Assembly: GCA_017415995.1 (NCBI GenBank)
Contig: JAFQDN010000020.1
Location: 583-64,582, forward strand
Reading direction: 5' to 3'
DNA: 64,000 nucleotides
From: Akkermansia sp.
GTDB lineage: Bacteria > Verrucomicrobiota > Verrucomicrobiia > Verrucomicrobiales > Akkermansiaceae
In this document: positions 53,439 to 61,541 of the stretch, in pieces
How the letters are laid out: every line of letters begins with the position of its first letter
How positions within the stretch are numbered: position 1 is the stretch's first letter
Program-made: the position numbers and the translations under genes
Notes under the pieces: generated by a model
The model's database searches: none
Told to the model about the DNA's origin: nothing
The model's input: only the letters and a program-made list of their open reading frames with translations

Positions 53439-56400
53439 TGTCTGCGCCTCTGCATGGCTGCCGGTGGGCACCCGCACAGCTCCCGGATTGTTGCGAATGT
53501 ACTCTGCACGCTGTTGCAGATAGCGGTAATTGCGATCGCCCGGTTCCTGCGGGCGCTTGCCCTCATTGTTACGGATATTCGGATTAGCCCCCGCCAGCAA
53601 CAATGCATCAATGACGGGAACCGTGTCTTCATCAGGAATGCACATTATGCGGTGCAATGCTGTATTACCTTGTTCATCTTGAGCGTTAACATCAACTCCC
53701 TCGCTGAGGATTAATTGAAGACAACGCAAATTATCTTGAATCTCTGCTCGTGTTCCTCTACCGGCGCATTTGTGTAACAGTTCAGTTCCTTTTGCTCTGA
53801 TGTCCGCACCATGCCGCTGCAGGAAGGTCAGATAGCCGTAACCGAAGCGTATGGACAGACACTCGGTTGCTGTTTTTTCCGAAGCTCCGAACTCAAACGC
53901 CTTCTTCATGTTGGCAAAGTTTAGGTCGCTGATTCCCGCTACTTCTTTCAAAGCCAAATCGGCATCTACTCCCGCTTGTAACAGTTTGAACAATATGTCC
54001 GTGGGCATGTCGTATTTTGCCAAGGCGAGCAAAACCTCAGTTGCATCCTCAGCAGAGTATTCACCGCGAGACCATTGTCTTACTTTCTCCCAGTCTGCCG
54101 TCTTTTGATCTGCTGCCGTGGCGTAATCAGCGATTCTTTGTTTCACCTCACTCAACCAGGGAATGGATGGGGTAACAAGGCTCATGGGATTATCCTCCGC
54201 CGTTACAACGGTAGGCTTCTGATTTCCCTTGGTGTACTTTTGCACCAATTGCAGAACGTGGTTTTGAAGCTCATCAACAGTAAGCGTGGAATCCGCGTTT
54301 TTATCTGCCTCGTCTATGTTTTCCAAGGTTTGCATAATGCAGGCGGTGAACACGCCGTTATTCCACTCCTCTCCTTCTTGTGCAAGCTCGGCACCGGCAG
54401 CCCCGGCGATGATGTTGATGCCTCGGTATGTCGTACCGGTAGAGAACATGTCTTCTATGTATCTCTTGTTTTGTCTCTCGCTCTTGAGCATTGTGCTGGT
54501 GCCGCGGAGCTTCATGCCTCGGGTTCGTTTGTTGCGGGAGGTTGCCGTGTGCGTGTGCGCATTTTTTGCCAGTTCTTCCTCTCCGGCTTCTCCCAAGGTG
54601 CCGCTGTGGCAGGTGTCCAGCAGTAGCAGCCCTTTTCTTGCCGGGGCGGATTTGATGGCATCCACCAGAGCATCCATGGAAATGCCGGTTTCTTCCAGTC
54701 GGTAGGTATCGAAGCCCGCGGTTGCGTATCGGTAATCCAAGTTCTCATCCAAGAATCCGTGTCCTGCCACATAAAGGATGACTTGGTCATTCATCCTGCT
54801 GTCAGCAAAGAAATCCTTCACTTTTTGCAGCACGGTGACATCTGCCACCTCTTTATCCGTCAGAACAAGAGTGTGAACTTTACTCTTGGCATGTTTGGCG
54901 AAACTGTCGGTAATATCTTGTGCGTCTTTTGCTGCATAGCGCAGGTCGCCCAAGTCCTCATTATCATTCTCGTAATCGGACACGCCCAGCGCTACTACGT
55001 ACAATTCCGAAGGTTGGGTAACGTCCTCATGGATAACTCGGAATTTCGTTGTGTCGCCCGCCACTCCCATAGAGTCTACAGGGCGAATCTCCAACCAGTT
55101 TTGCCCTACAGCCAGCGGAACTTGCACGGTAACCGTTTTTTGCTCACCGGGGCGTACCAGCAAGGTGTCATCCCATTCCTGCGGAATGCGCTTGCCTTCA
55201 GCATAAACTTCTACCGAGGTCATTGCTTTGAGGGGGGCTGCCTCAAGCTGTACGGTGAGGGTCTGTATTTGTTCGTTGGTATACAACTCCGGTAATTCCA
55301 CCTTGGCTACCGGCAAGGAGGCAAGAGACGGTGCTTCCGTGGAGGCGCTTTCGGTCATATGGAGCTTGTGCAGCCAGCGTTTTGTTGTTTCTCGCAGGGC
55401 TGTAATGTCATCCTCATTGCCTCCAAGTGCTTCCAATACCTCTGCGGGACGGTTTTTCCACGGAGCAAGAGCGCTCAGACCTACGGATTTGTTGCCTTCA
55501 CGGAAAGCAAGGAAGTTTTCGCAGCCCGGTGATCCGGCATAGAGACCATTCGGCAGAACAATGGCGTAGCCTCTGTTGGGATCCACATAGAAATCCGCAA
55601 TTTTATCCAAATTGCCGGATTCATCCACTTTCATGATGTCGTAGCAAACATCGCTGATGGGTTTAAGAAACCACTGTTTTTCCGGTAACCATACGGGACA
55701 GAGAAACTTTTGGGGAGATTCGAAGTGATGTCGAACCTTGTATTCAAAAGTTTGAGTGTTTAAATCCAGAATAAAGGTTTGTGCTTTACCATCGCCCCAT
55801 TCAAGAACGAGAACAACTTCCGCTATAAAGCCGTTGTCTGCGAATCGTAATGTGTGTTGGCGAACGTACGGAGCAAACTCTTCCTGTACGGATTCTATCA
55901 GGTTTCCGTCAAATTCACTTTTTCGAGGGATAACGCAGCTGTTGTAGTCGCGTAATTTGGCTGAGTGTCCTTTTCTCAAGTCTTCCCAATCATACAAATA
56001 CACGCGGTCTTCATTTGTTAATATTCCGATGATGCTGCTCGGTGCGCTGGTGCCTTCATCATAATGACAGTATATTAAAGCAAAAGGTACGTAATCATTG
56101 CTGCCTTCTCCTCTGGCTATTGATTCGGAAGCGTCATAGTCCTCCGGGTTAAAGAAGTCACATGTGCCTCCGGCGCAGGATACGGGATTTGGCACCATTG
56201 CCGTTTTTAAGCGACTAATCAGAACATCATTGGCTTCCTTTTGTTCTTGCTCCGTTGGTGGAGCTATGCGTTGCAATTCCAGTGTGTCAAAGTTGACACA
56301 GTAGGTAAAGCTCTTTTTTGCTGCTTTGTTAGAATCTCTGCCGAAAGTGTGAGTGAGGCAGACGCTGCTACCCTCACTGTAGGCTGAAATGTATGCATCC

Positions 56401-57332
56401 TTTTGTTCGCAATCTATGGGATCGGTACTCAGTTCATTACCGAGTATGCTGAGCCCGGCGGTTGTTTTCTTGAACCAAGGGGCGGTTAGTTTACCTTCCA
56501 TGACATTGAATGCCCCCGGTTTCAGGTTAAGACTACGGTAAATATCACCTGTTTTGGTGTTGCTGAAGGCTCGAAGGTAGTTTTTTGCTTCCCATTCAAT
56601 AGCCATTAACCGCTGGAATTGCCCCTTTCCCGGGAGCCATACATACGAACCGAAATAGTTGCCGGACCAGTCATAAGCGCATGCTTCTGCCGGAATATAT
56701 TGGACGTAATAGGCTAAATCTCCGTTCTTCGTAGTAGCACATAATGTGAATGAATCACTCCCGGCAAAATTAGGTAAAGAAATGCTGCTGATTTCACGTG
56801 CTGTGCGAGGATCCCAGCAGGTCAGATACGAGGAAAATGCGTCCATTTCTCCTGCCGTACGCGTTAACACTCCTTTGTCGTGCTCAAAAAATACCTGGCC
56901 TCCGTTATATCTCAAATGGTCTCGGAAGTAGATGCCTTCTTCTTTGTTTTGTGGAATATATGCTCTGGAAAAAATTTTGACGTCTTCAGGGTTTTCCAGA
57001 ATCTCCAGCAGTTTCTTCTTACACTCTGAAATTGTTCTGCATTTTGGTTCGTTAATGTCAGCTCGGAAGTTCTTGTTGTATTGCTTGTGCGTGGGGTATT
57101 TCGAGAAAAGGAAGTACTCGCCCTTGAGGATTTCCAAGTAATCCTCGGGGGAGAGCTTGTTGCGCAGCTGAAGGTTGATGTCTGCAAACTCTTCTTTTAC
57201 CCATGCTGGGAGGTCTACATCTTCATTGTTGTACAGAGGTTGTGCGTAGGCGTCATCATAATTGCTGCCGTATACCGGGAGCACTGCCGCTGCGCACAGG
57301 AAGCTCAGATTCAAAATCTGATGGGTTTTCAT
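53121..57332 (-). CDS. Exported peptidase C14 (caspase-fold) / ankyrin-repeat protein (paralog C, ~1403 aa)
   Basis: Signal peptide from MKTHQILNLSFLCAAAVLPVYG (start 57332; the ORF extends to 57368). Catalytic motifs are ILYVAGHG (His 54759-61) and LLLDTCHSGT (Cys 54609-11). Ank repeats include GNTALHRIM... and GNTALHYAAGMGYYDLVEWLV. Confidence 0.85.
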   Translation of the reverse strand: MKTHQILNLSFLCAAAVLPVYGSNYDDAYAQPLYNNEDVDLPAWVKEEFADINLQLRNKLSPEDYLEILKGEYFLFSKYPTHKQYNKNFRADINEPKCRTISECKKKLLEILENPEDVKIFSRAYIPQNKEEGIYFRDHLRYNGGQVFFEHDKGVLTRTAGEMDAFSSYLTCWDPRTAREISSISLPNFAGSDSFTLCATTKNGDLAYYVQYIPAEACAYDWSGNYFGSYVWLPGKGQFQRLMAIEWEAKNYLRAFSNTKTGDIYRSLNLKPGAFNVMEGKLTAPWFKKTTAGLSILGNELSTDPIDCEQKDAYISAYSEGSSVCLTHTFGRDSNKAAKKSFTYCVNFDTLELQRIAPPTEQEQKEANDVLISRLKTAMVPNPVSCAGGTCDFFNPEDYDASESIARGEGSNDYVPFALIYCHYDEGTSAPSSIIGILTNEDRVYLYDWEDLRKGHSAKLRDYNSCVIPRKSEFDGNLIESVQEEFAPYVRQHTLRFADNGFIAEVVLVLEWGDGKAQTFILDLNTQTFEYKVRHHFESPQKFLCPVWLPEKQWFLKPISDVCYDIMKVDESGNLDKIADFYVDPNRGYAIVLPNGLYAGSPGCENFLAFREGNKSVGLSALAPWKNRPAEVLEALGGNEDDITALRETTKRWLHKLHMTESASTEAPSLASLPVAKVELPELYTNEQIQTLTVQLEAAPLKAMTSVEVYAEGKRIPQEWDDTLLVRPGEQKTVTVQVPLAVGQNWLEIRPVDSMGVAGDTTKFRVIHEDVTQPSELYVVALGVSDYENDNEDLGDLRYAAKDAQDITDSFAKHAKSKVHTLVLTDKEVADVTVLQKVKDFFADSRMNDQVILYVAGHGFLDENLDYRYATAGFDTYRLEETGISMDALVDAIKSAPARKGLLLLDTCHSGTLGEAGEEELAKNAHTHTATSRNKRTRGMKLRGTSTMLKSERQNKRYIEDMFSTGTTYRGINIIAGAAGAELAQEGEEWNNGVFTACIMQTLENIDEADKNADSTLTVDELQNHVLQLVQKYTKGNQKPTVVTAEDNPMSLVTPSIPWLSEVKQRIADYATAADQKTADWEKVRQWSRGEYSAEDATEVLLALAKYDMPTDILFKLLQAGVDADLALKEVAGISDLNFANMKKAFEFGASEKTATECLSIRFGYGYLTFLQRHGADIRAKGTELLHKCAGRGTRAEIQDNLRCLQLILSEGVDVNAQDEQGNTALHRIMCIPDEDTVPVIDALLLAGANPNIRNNEGKRPQEPGDRNYRYLQQRAEYIRNNPGAVRVPTGSHAEAQTFLNTITNFSPSNETMKLYKKRLTMLLPMIINGADVNVTTTETKGNTALHYAAGMGYYDLVEWLVNNGAEINRKTNRGKTPLDCVGNDPGNRIRNFLKNRGAVKSN

Positions 57333-57428
57333 GTTCAGAATGTTATTAAGAGGAAAATCCTCCTCCATTCTTCGGTAGGAACGTCAATGCAAGAATGGAG
57401 GAGGGAAAGTGTGTTAAATGGGGGATGC

Positions 57429-58496
57429 TCACTCCGCAGGTGCGGTGGAGACGATGATGTGTTTCTCGCTCCAGAGGGTCTTCTTGGACACGTCCGCAGC
57501 ACTGGCTTTCTTGACCTTCTTGACAACCATGCCGCGGGTCATGACCCCGTAGGGCTCATCTTCCGTGGCGGCGGAGGCCATGCCTTTGATTTCCTTGTGA
57601 AGTGCGCTTGCGTTGGTGCAAGCAATGACTTGAACAACGTCGGAACCGAAGGGCTCAGCGATTTCAATTTCAAAACCTGCTTTGAGAGCGCCGGGTACCT
57701 CCACCCACTTGTTGGCGGGGATGAGGGTGTCCTTATGCCACTTATTGGGGAAGAGTACCACGGAGGTGCCATCGCTCTGGTGGCAGATGACGGCAATGTG
57801 GCAGGCTTGTGGGGCGCGCACGCGGAAGGAGATGGTATCCCCCTCTTTGTAGAAGCGCTCACCGTCTGCCGTGCGCAGGTCGATATCGAAGTCCTGTTTA
57901 ATGTTGAGCAGGTTGGGGTTGGCTACCTCTTCAATGCCTTCCATGGAGGCCTCGGCATTCTGAGGCTCAATCATTTCTGCTGCTTCTGCAGGCTTTTTGT
58001 CCGGCCAAACCTGACCGGTAACTGCCTTGATGGGCCAGCTGACCTTGCTCTTGGTTACACTGCCGTCCTTGAGCCAAGCAATCTCCGTGTAAAGCGTTAC
58101 GGTTTTGCCGTCTGTGACGAATCTGCCGCGCACAATGCCTTCCACTCCTTCAATGGCAATTTTTTCCACCGTGGTGCCCGGTTCTACCAAGTCAGAGGCC
58201 TGGAACTCTCCCTCCAGTTCCAAATCTCCGAGGTTGGAGCGGGTGATGACGCGCACCTTGCCGGTTTGGGGCAAGGCGATTTCCAGCTCTTCGCGGATAA
58301 CGGCGGAGAGCGGGGACATCATGGGGGTGTCGGAGTACACAAAGTTGCCTACTCCCAGGCGGATGGGAGTCGTGGAATCCGGAATTTGTTTGGCAAGAGT
58401 TGTTGCCAGTTTCTCAAACGGATCCTGCGTAGGAGCTGCCGTTACGATGGGGGCTGCTATCAGCGCTGCGAGTGAAAGTATACGTGTGAGTTTCAT
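57429..58496 (-). CDS. Exported CsgG/FlgO/LpoB-like domain + DUF4384 protein
   Basis: Signal peptide. The N-domain is IRLGVGNFVYSD...LSAVIREELEIAL...VRVITRSNLGDLELE...IVRGRF. The C-domain is ISFRVRAPQACHIAVICHQSDGTSVVLFPN...FGSDVVQVIAC, typical of DUF4384. The tail contains TRGMVVKKVKK. Confidence 0.75.
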   Translation of the reverse strand: MKLTRILSLAALIAAPIVTAAPTQDPFEKLATTLAKQIPDSTTPIRLGVGNFVYSDTPMMSPLSAVIREELEIALPQTGKVRVITRSNLGDLELEGEFQASDLVEPGTTVEKIAIEGVEGIVRGRFVTDGKTVTLYTEIAWLKDGSVTKSKVSWPIKAVTGQVWPDKKPAEAAEMIEPQNAEASMEGIEEVANPNLLNIKQDFDIDLRTADGERFYKEGDTISFRVRAPQACHIAVICHQSDGTSVVLFPNKWHKDTLIPANKWVEVPGALKAGFEIEIAEPFGSDVVQVIACTNASALHKEIKGMASAATEDEPYGVMTRGMVVKKVKKASAADVSKKTLWSEKHIIVSTAPAE

Positions 58497-58511
58497 ACCA
58501 AGTGGTGGGGG

Positions 58512-58751
58512 TTAGCTTACAATAGTTTCTACAGTCTTTACGGTGGTGCTGTTTCTGATGGTTTCCTGTGTGGCTTTTCCAGCCGCGTTTTTAGGGGCTT
58601 TTTTGATTGCCTTTTTGGGGGAGATAATGCCGGCGGGCGTGCCTTGGGGCGCGGCCGGAGCCGTGGGAACGGGGGCAGGGGTGTTGCTTGAGGAGCATGC
58701 TGTAAGAGCCGCTGCTGCCATAGCTATTGCGGTGATGTGTGTAAGTTTCAT
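58512..58751 (-). CDS. Small P/A/K-rich lipoprotein (79 aa)
   Basis: Lipobox AAALTAC. Low-complexity but in an operonic position with 15-20 nt gaps on both sides. Confidence 0.6.
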   Translation of the reverse strand: MKLTHITAIAMAAAALTACSSSNTPAPVPTAPAAPQGTPAGIISPKKAIKKAPKNAAGKATQETIRNSTTVKTVETIVS

Positions 58752-58771
58752 GTGGGTCGGTGCGTAAGTTT

Positions 58772-59701
58772 TTAGTTGCTCGTGGTAGACTCCAGTGCAG
58801 AGCTGATGATGAGGTCAATCTCCGCCGAGGTGGAGGCAGTTTCTGCCTTGTCTGCTCCCGGGGTGGGAGGAGCACCGGCGCCGGTTTCTTCCAGTTCCAG
58901 CTGTTTGGCGCTTTCGTCGGTTTTGATAACCTTCCCCTTGGCTGAGATGGTCTTGGTGATGACTTTGACCAACGGACCGAGCTTCAGGCTGACGGTTACT
59001 TCGGCTGAGTTGTCATCCAGGTAGCTGATGCCGGTAATCTCAGCGCCCTTAATGGCGTTGCTGAAACAGGCTTTAAGCTCATCACTTTCCACCACAAAGT
59101 CGCGTACGGTGGAATCCGCCGTTATTTCCACGCCACAGGCGCGTTCGGCTAATCGACGGTAGGCATCCAGCTCTGCTGCGCGCTTGGCCATGACTCGGGC
59201 GTGTCCATCACTTCCCGGGATGGCTGCGTTACCCAAGGCGTCTATCTCTTCCGTTACGTATTCTTGGGCAACTGTGGTTTTTGCGCTTCCCAATTTTTGA
59301 GTAACGGTTTCCAACAGGGTGCGCACCTTGACGGCGCGGATGACTTCCACTCGCCCGTCTTCGTGGTAAACGGGTTTTCCTACGGTTTTTACGCCTTTAA
59401 GGGTGGCGGCAAGAACCGTCCTAACAGAGTCGTCCGCTGCTGCAAGGTCTTTTACGGTGGTGTTCCCATTGATGGAAACTCCCATAATTCTTTCCGCCAG
59501 TGCACGTGTGGCATCCAATTCCGCAGCACGTACATATTGCAGTCGCTTGGCCGTGGGTACCTTTTTCCAGATTTCCGGCAGGTCGGCTGTTGCGTCTTTT
59601 TTGATGGTTACTTTCGGGGCTGCTTGTGCTTGCATCGTAAACGGTACACCGATTCCGGCAACCCCAAGGAGTATAGCAATTGATTTGTTCATGTTGTACA
59701 A
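58772..59701 (-). CDS. Exported protein with two LPP20-like domains
   Basis: Two copies of the LPP20 signature (YVRAAELDATRALAERIMGVSINGNTTVKD and AKRAAELDAYRRLAERACGVEITADSTVRD). Signal peptide; alternative start at 59692. Confidence 0.75.
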   Translation of the reverse strand: MYNMNKSIAILLGVAGIGVPFTMQAQAAPKVTIKKDATADLPEIWKKVPTAKRLQYVRAAELDATRALAERIMGVSINGNTTVKDLAAADDSVRTVLAATLKGVKTVGKPVYHEDGRVEVIRAVKVRTLLETVTQKLGSAKTTVAQEYVTEEIDALGNAAIPGSDGHARVMAKRAAELDAYRRLAERACGVEITADSTVRDFVVESDELKACFSNAIKGAEITGISYLDDNSAEVTVSLKLGPLVKVITKTISAKGKVIKTDESAKQLELEETGAGAPPTPGADKAETASTSAEIDLIISSALESTTSN

Positions 59702-59725
59702 TATTGAGAATGAAAAGTGAGAGGT

Positions 59726-61057
59726 TTATTCCGCTCCTATCTTTTTCTTGAAAATCTTCAGGAGCAGAGCACCGATGCCTCCACAGGCCGACACGGTGAC
59801 GCCGGCGATGATTTCCCACATGAAACTACCGCCTTGCTCTTGAGCCGGAGCCGCTGCCGCCGTTGCTTCCCGCTCCTTAGTTATGCTTCCCTTGCGGAAG
59901 GAAAGGTAGCGCTTCTCGGAACGATCTAAACTGAATTCCGGCAGGATGTCGGAGATTACCTTGGCAAGCTCTGTTGAGTTGATACGGGATTCGCACTCGA
60001 TGACGGAGATTGCCGCGGCGTCAATGCTGCGTACCCATACGGCGCCGATGGCCGTTTGCTGCTCCAGACCGCTCTTCAGTTTTTCGGAACCCGGTAAGTC
60101 CAATCCCACAAACTCCAGCTTGATGGTAGCACCTAAGTCTGTTTCCGCTGCCCAGTGGGTAAAGATGCTGCGGATGAGTTGCCAGCCTGCATCGGAGTCT
60201 GCCTTGCGCTTATTGCCTTCCATTAACTGTCGTACAGCCTCACGGGCTGCTGCGGTGTCGGATGATACATTGCGGATGAGGATGTCTTGGGCAGGGGAGT
60301 TCATGGTGAGTACCACGTTGCCCGTGGCGGCATCACGCACGGTGACATCCAAGGCAATGGAGTATTTTTTGCCCGGTTTACTCCCGTAGAAGGACTGTGT
60401 CCCCGCTGCGCTGCCTACGATTTTGCCTTCTATCACATAGTCGCATGCGGATACGATGCCTTGGCTACGTGCCTCGCCTTCCGTCTTGCGCCCGAGAGTT
60501 TCAGCTCGCTTAGCCAGCATGCCTCCCTGTCCTTGGGCATTATTGAGGTCCACAACTCGCAGTCCGCATTTGGTGGCGGTGTTTCGCAGCCAGTCTGTGG
60601 CCAAGGTTCCGTTTGTCACGCCTTCTATCTGCTCGTCTATTTGGATGGCAAGTCTCGGCGCCTCGTGTTCCCTTGCCATCATCTGGAAGGTCATGGTGTC
60701 ATCGGCGGTTAGGGCTTTGTCGCTTACATCTGCCTTTATCTTTACGGTATAAAAACCATCTTCTCCCATCCCGGTGCTTACGACTTCATACTTTTTAATG
60801 TATCCTCGTGCCTTGCTGAATGTCTTGTCAGAGCTTATTTCAAAGTTTTCCATCTGCGTTTCGCTCACCAAGTCCACCCCCGCACCTTCGCGTACGGCTT
60901 CTCTTAGTGCGTCGGATAACGCTTGCGAACGCGCCGCAGGTCCATCTCCTGCTGCCTTGCCTTCAGTTTCTACCTCTACCGCATATGCGCTACCGACTAC
61001 CAGCACGGCGCATGCGGATGTTTTCCATATGGAGGAGAGTGCTTTTCGTATGTTCAT
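59726..61057 (-). CDS. Exported LPP20-like + CsgG/FlgO-like domain protein with a C-terminal TM anchor
   Basis: Signal peptide and N-terminal RSQALSDALREAVREGAGVDLVSETQ (LPP20-like). The middle contains PRLAIQI...ACDYVIEGKIVG...YSIALDVTVRDAATGNVV (CsgG/FlgO-like). The C-terminal helix is WEIIAGVTVSACGGIGALLLKIF followed by KKK. Confidence 0.65.
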   Translation of the reverse strand: MNIRKALSSIWKTSACAVLVVGSAYAVEVETEGKAAGDGPAARSQALSDALREAVREGAGVDLVSETQMENFEISSDKTFSKARGYIKKYEVVSTGMGEDGFYTVKIKADVSDKALTADDTMTFQMMAREHEAPRLAIQIDEQIEGVTNGTLATDWLRNTATKCGLRVVDLNNAQGQGGMLAKRAETLGRKTEGEARSQGIVSACDYVIEGKIVGSAAGTQSFYGSKPGKKYSIALDVTVRDAATGNVVLTMNSPAQDILIRNVSSDTAAAREAVRQLMEGNKRKADSDAGWQLIRSIFTHWAAETDLGATIKLEFVGLDLPGSEKLKSGLEQQTAIGAVWVRSIDAAAISVIECESRINSTELAKVISDILPEFSLDRSEKRYLSFRKGSITKEREATAAAAPAQEQGGSFMWEIIAGVTVSACGGIGALLLKIFKKKIGAE

Positions 61058-61084
61058 GTTATCTGTAGTTAGATGTCACTTTGT

Positions 61085-61112
61085 ATTATCTGCTTTTTTG
61101 CCCCGGTGTCAA
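61085..61112 (-). promoter_or_regulatory. Putative sigma-70 promoter of the caspase operon
   Basis: Minus strand TTGACA (61112-07), a 16-nt spacer, then GATAAT (61090-85), about 28 nt upstream of the first ATG, with A/T-rich sequence upstream. Confidence 0.55.
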
Positions 61113-61488
61113 GATAAAAATAGAATTGGGCTGAAAAAATATCGAAAAAAGCGATGCTGTAGGTGTGAGCTTTTGCGAATAGCGAATCGTTATGCGATAT
61201 TTTTGTTCGCTGATTGTTGTGCTGTTTTTTTATCCGGCACGCTCTGCAGTAGATAAAGTTACGGCTGGTGCCGTATTCTCACCGTCGGAGTTGACGCCGA
61301 ATTCCGTTGCCGGACTCACGTTGCGCTTTCCTGCTTCCATGGCTAAGGCGTGGAGTTGGTACAACGGAGTATGTGCCGGTTGAGGCTCATACGTTTGAGG
61401 TAACACGGCGCGACTCTATTCTGCTTGCCGGATGGGATAGCTGCCCTTACTCATGCCGCTTGGGTAAGGGCGGGGTGTTTTTTTTCGC

Positions 61489-61516
61489 TTGACTTGTCGT
61501 TTTGCGGGTGTAGAAT
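61489..61516 (+). promoter_or_regulatory. Putative promoter of the PEP-CTERM protein gene
   Basis: TTGACT (61489-94), a 16-nt spacer, then TAGAAT (61511-16), 25 nt upstream of the ATG. Confidence 0.55.
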
Positions 61517-61541
61517 GCTCGTAATCAATTTCTGAAATGGT

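Noticed and set aside
57081-58475. 464-aa plus-strand ORF overlapping the DUF4384 gene and the start of caspase paralog C
   Set aside because: It has no signal or motifs and its composition is biased. The minus strand gives a protein with a signal peptide, a CsgG-like domain and a DUF4384 domain, and fits the operon spacing.
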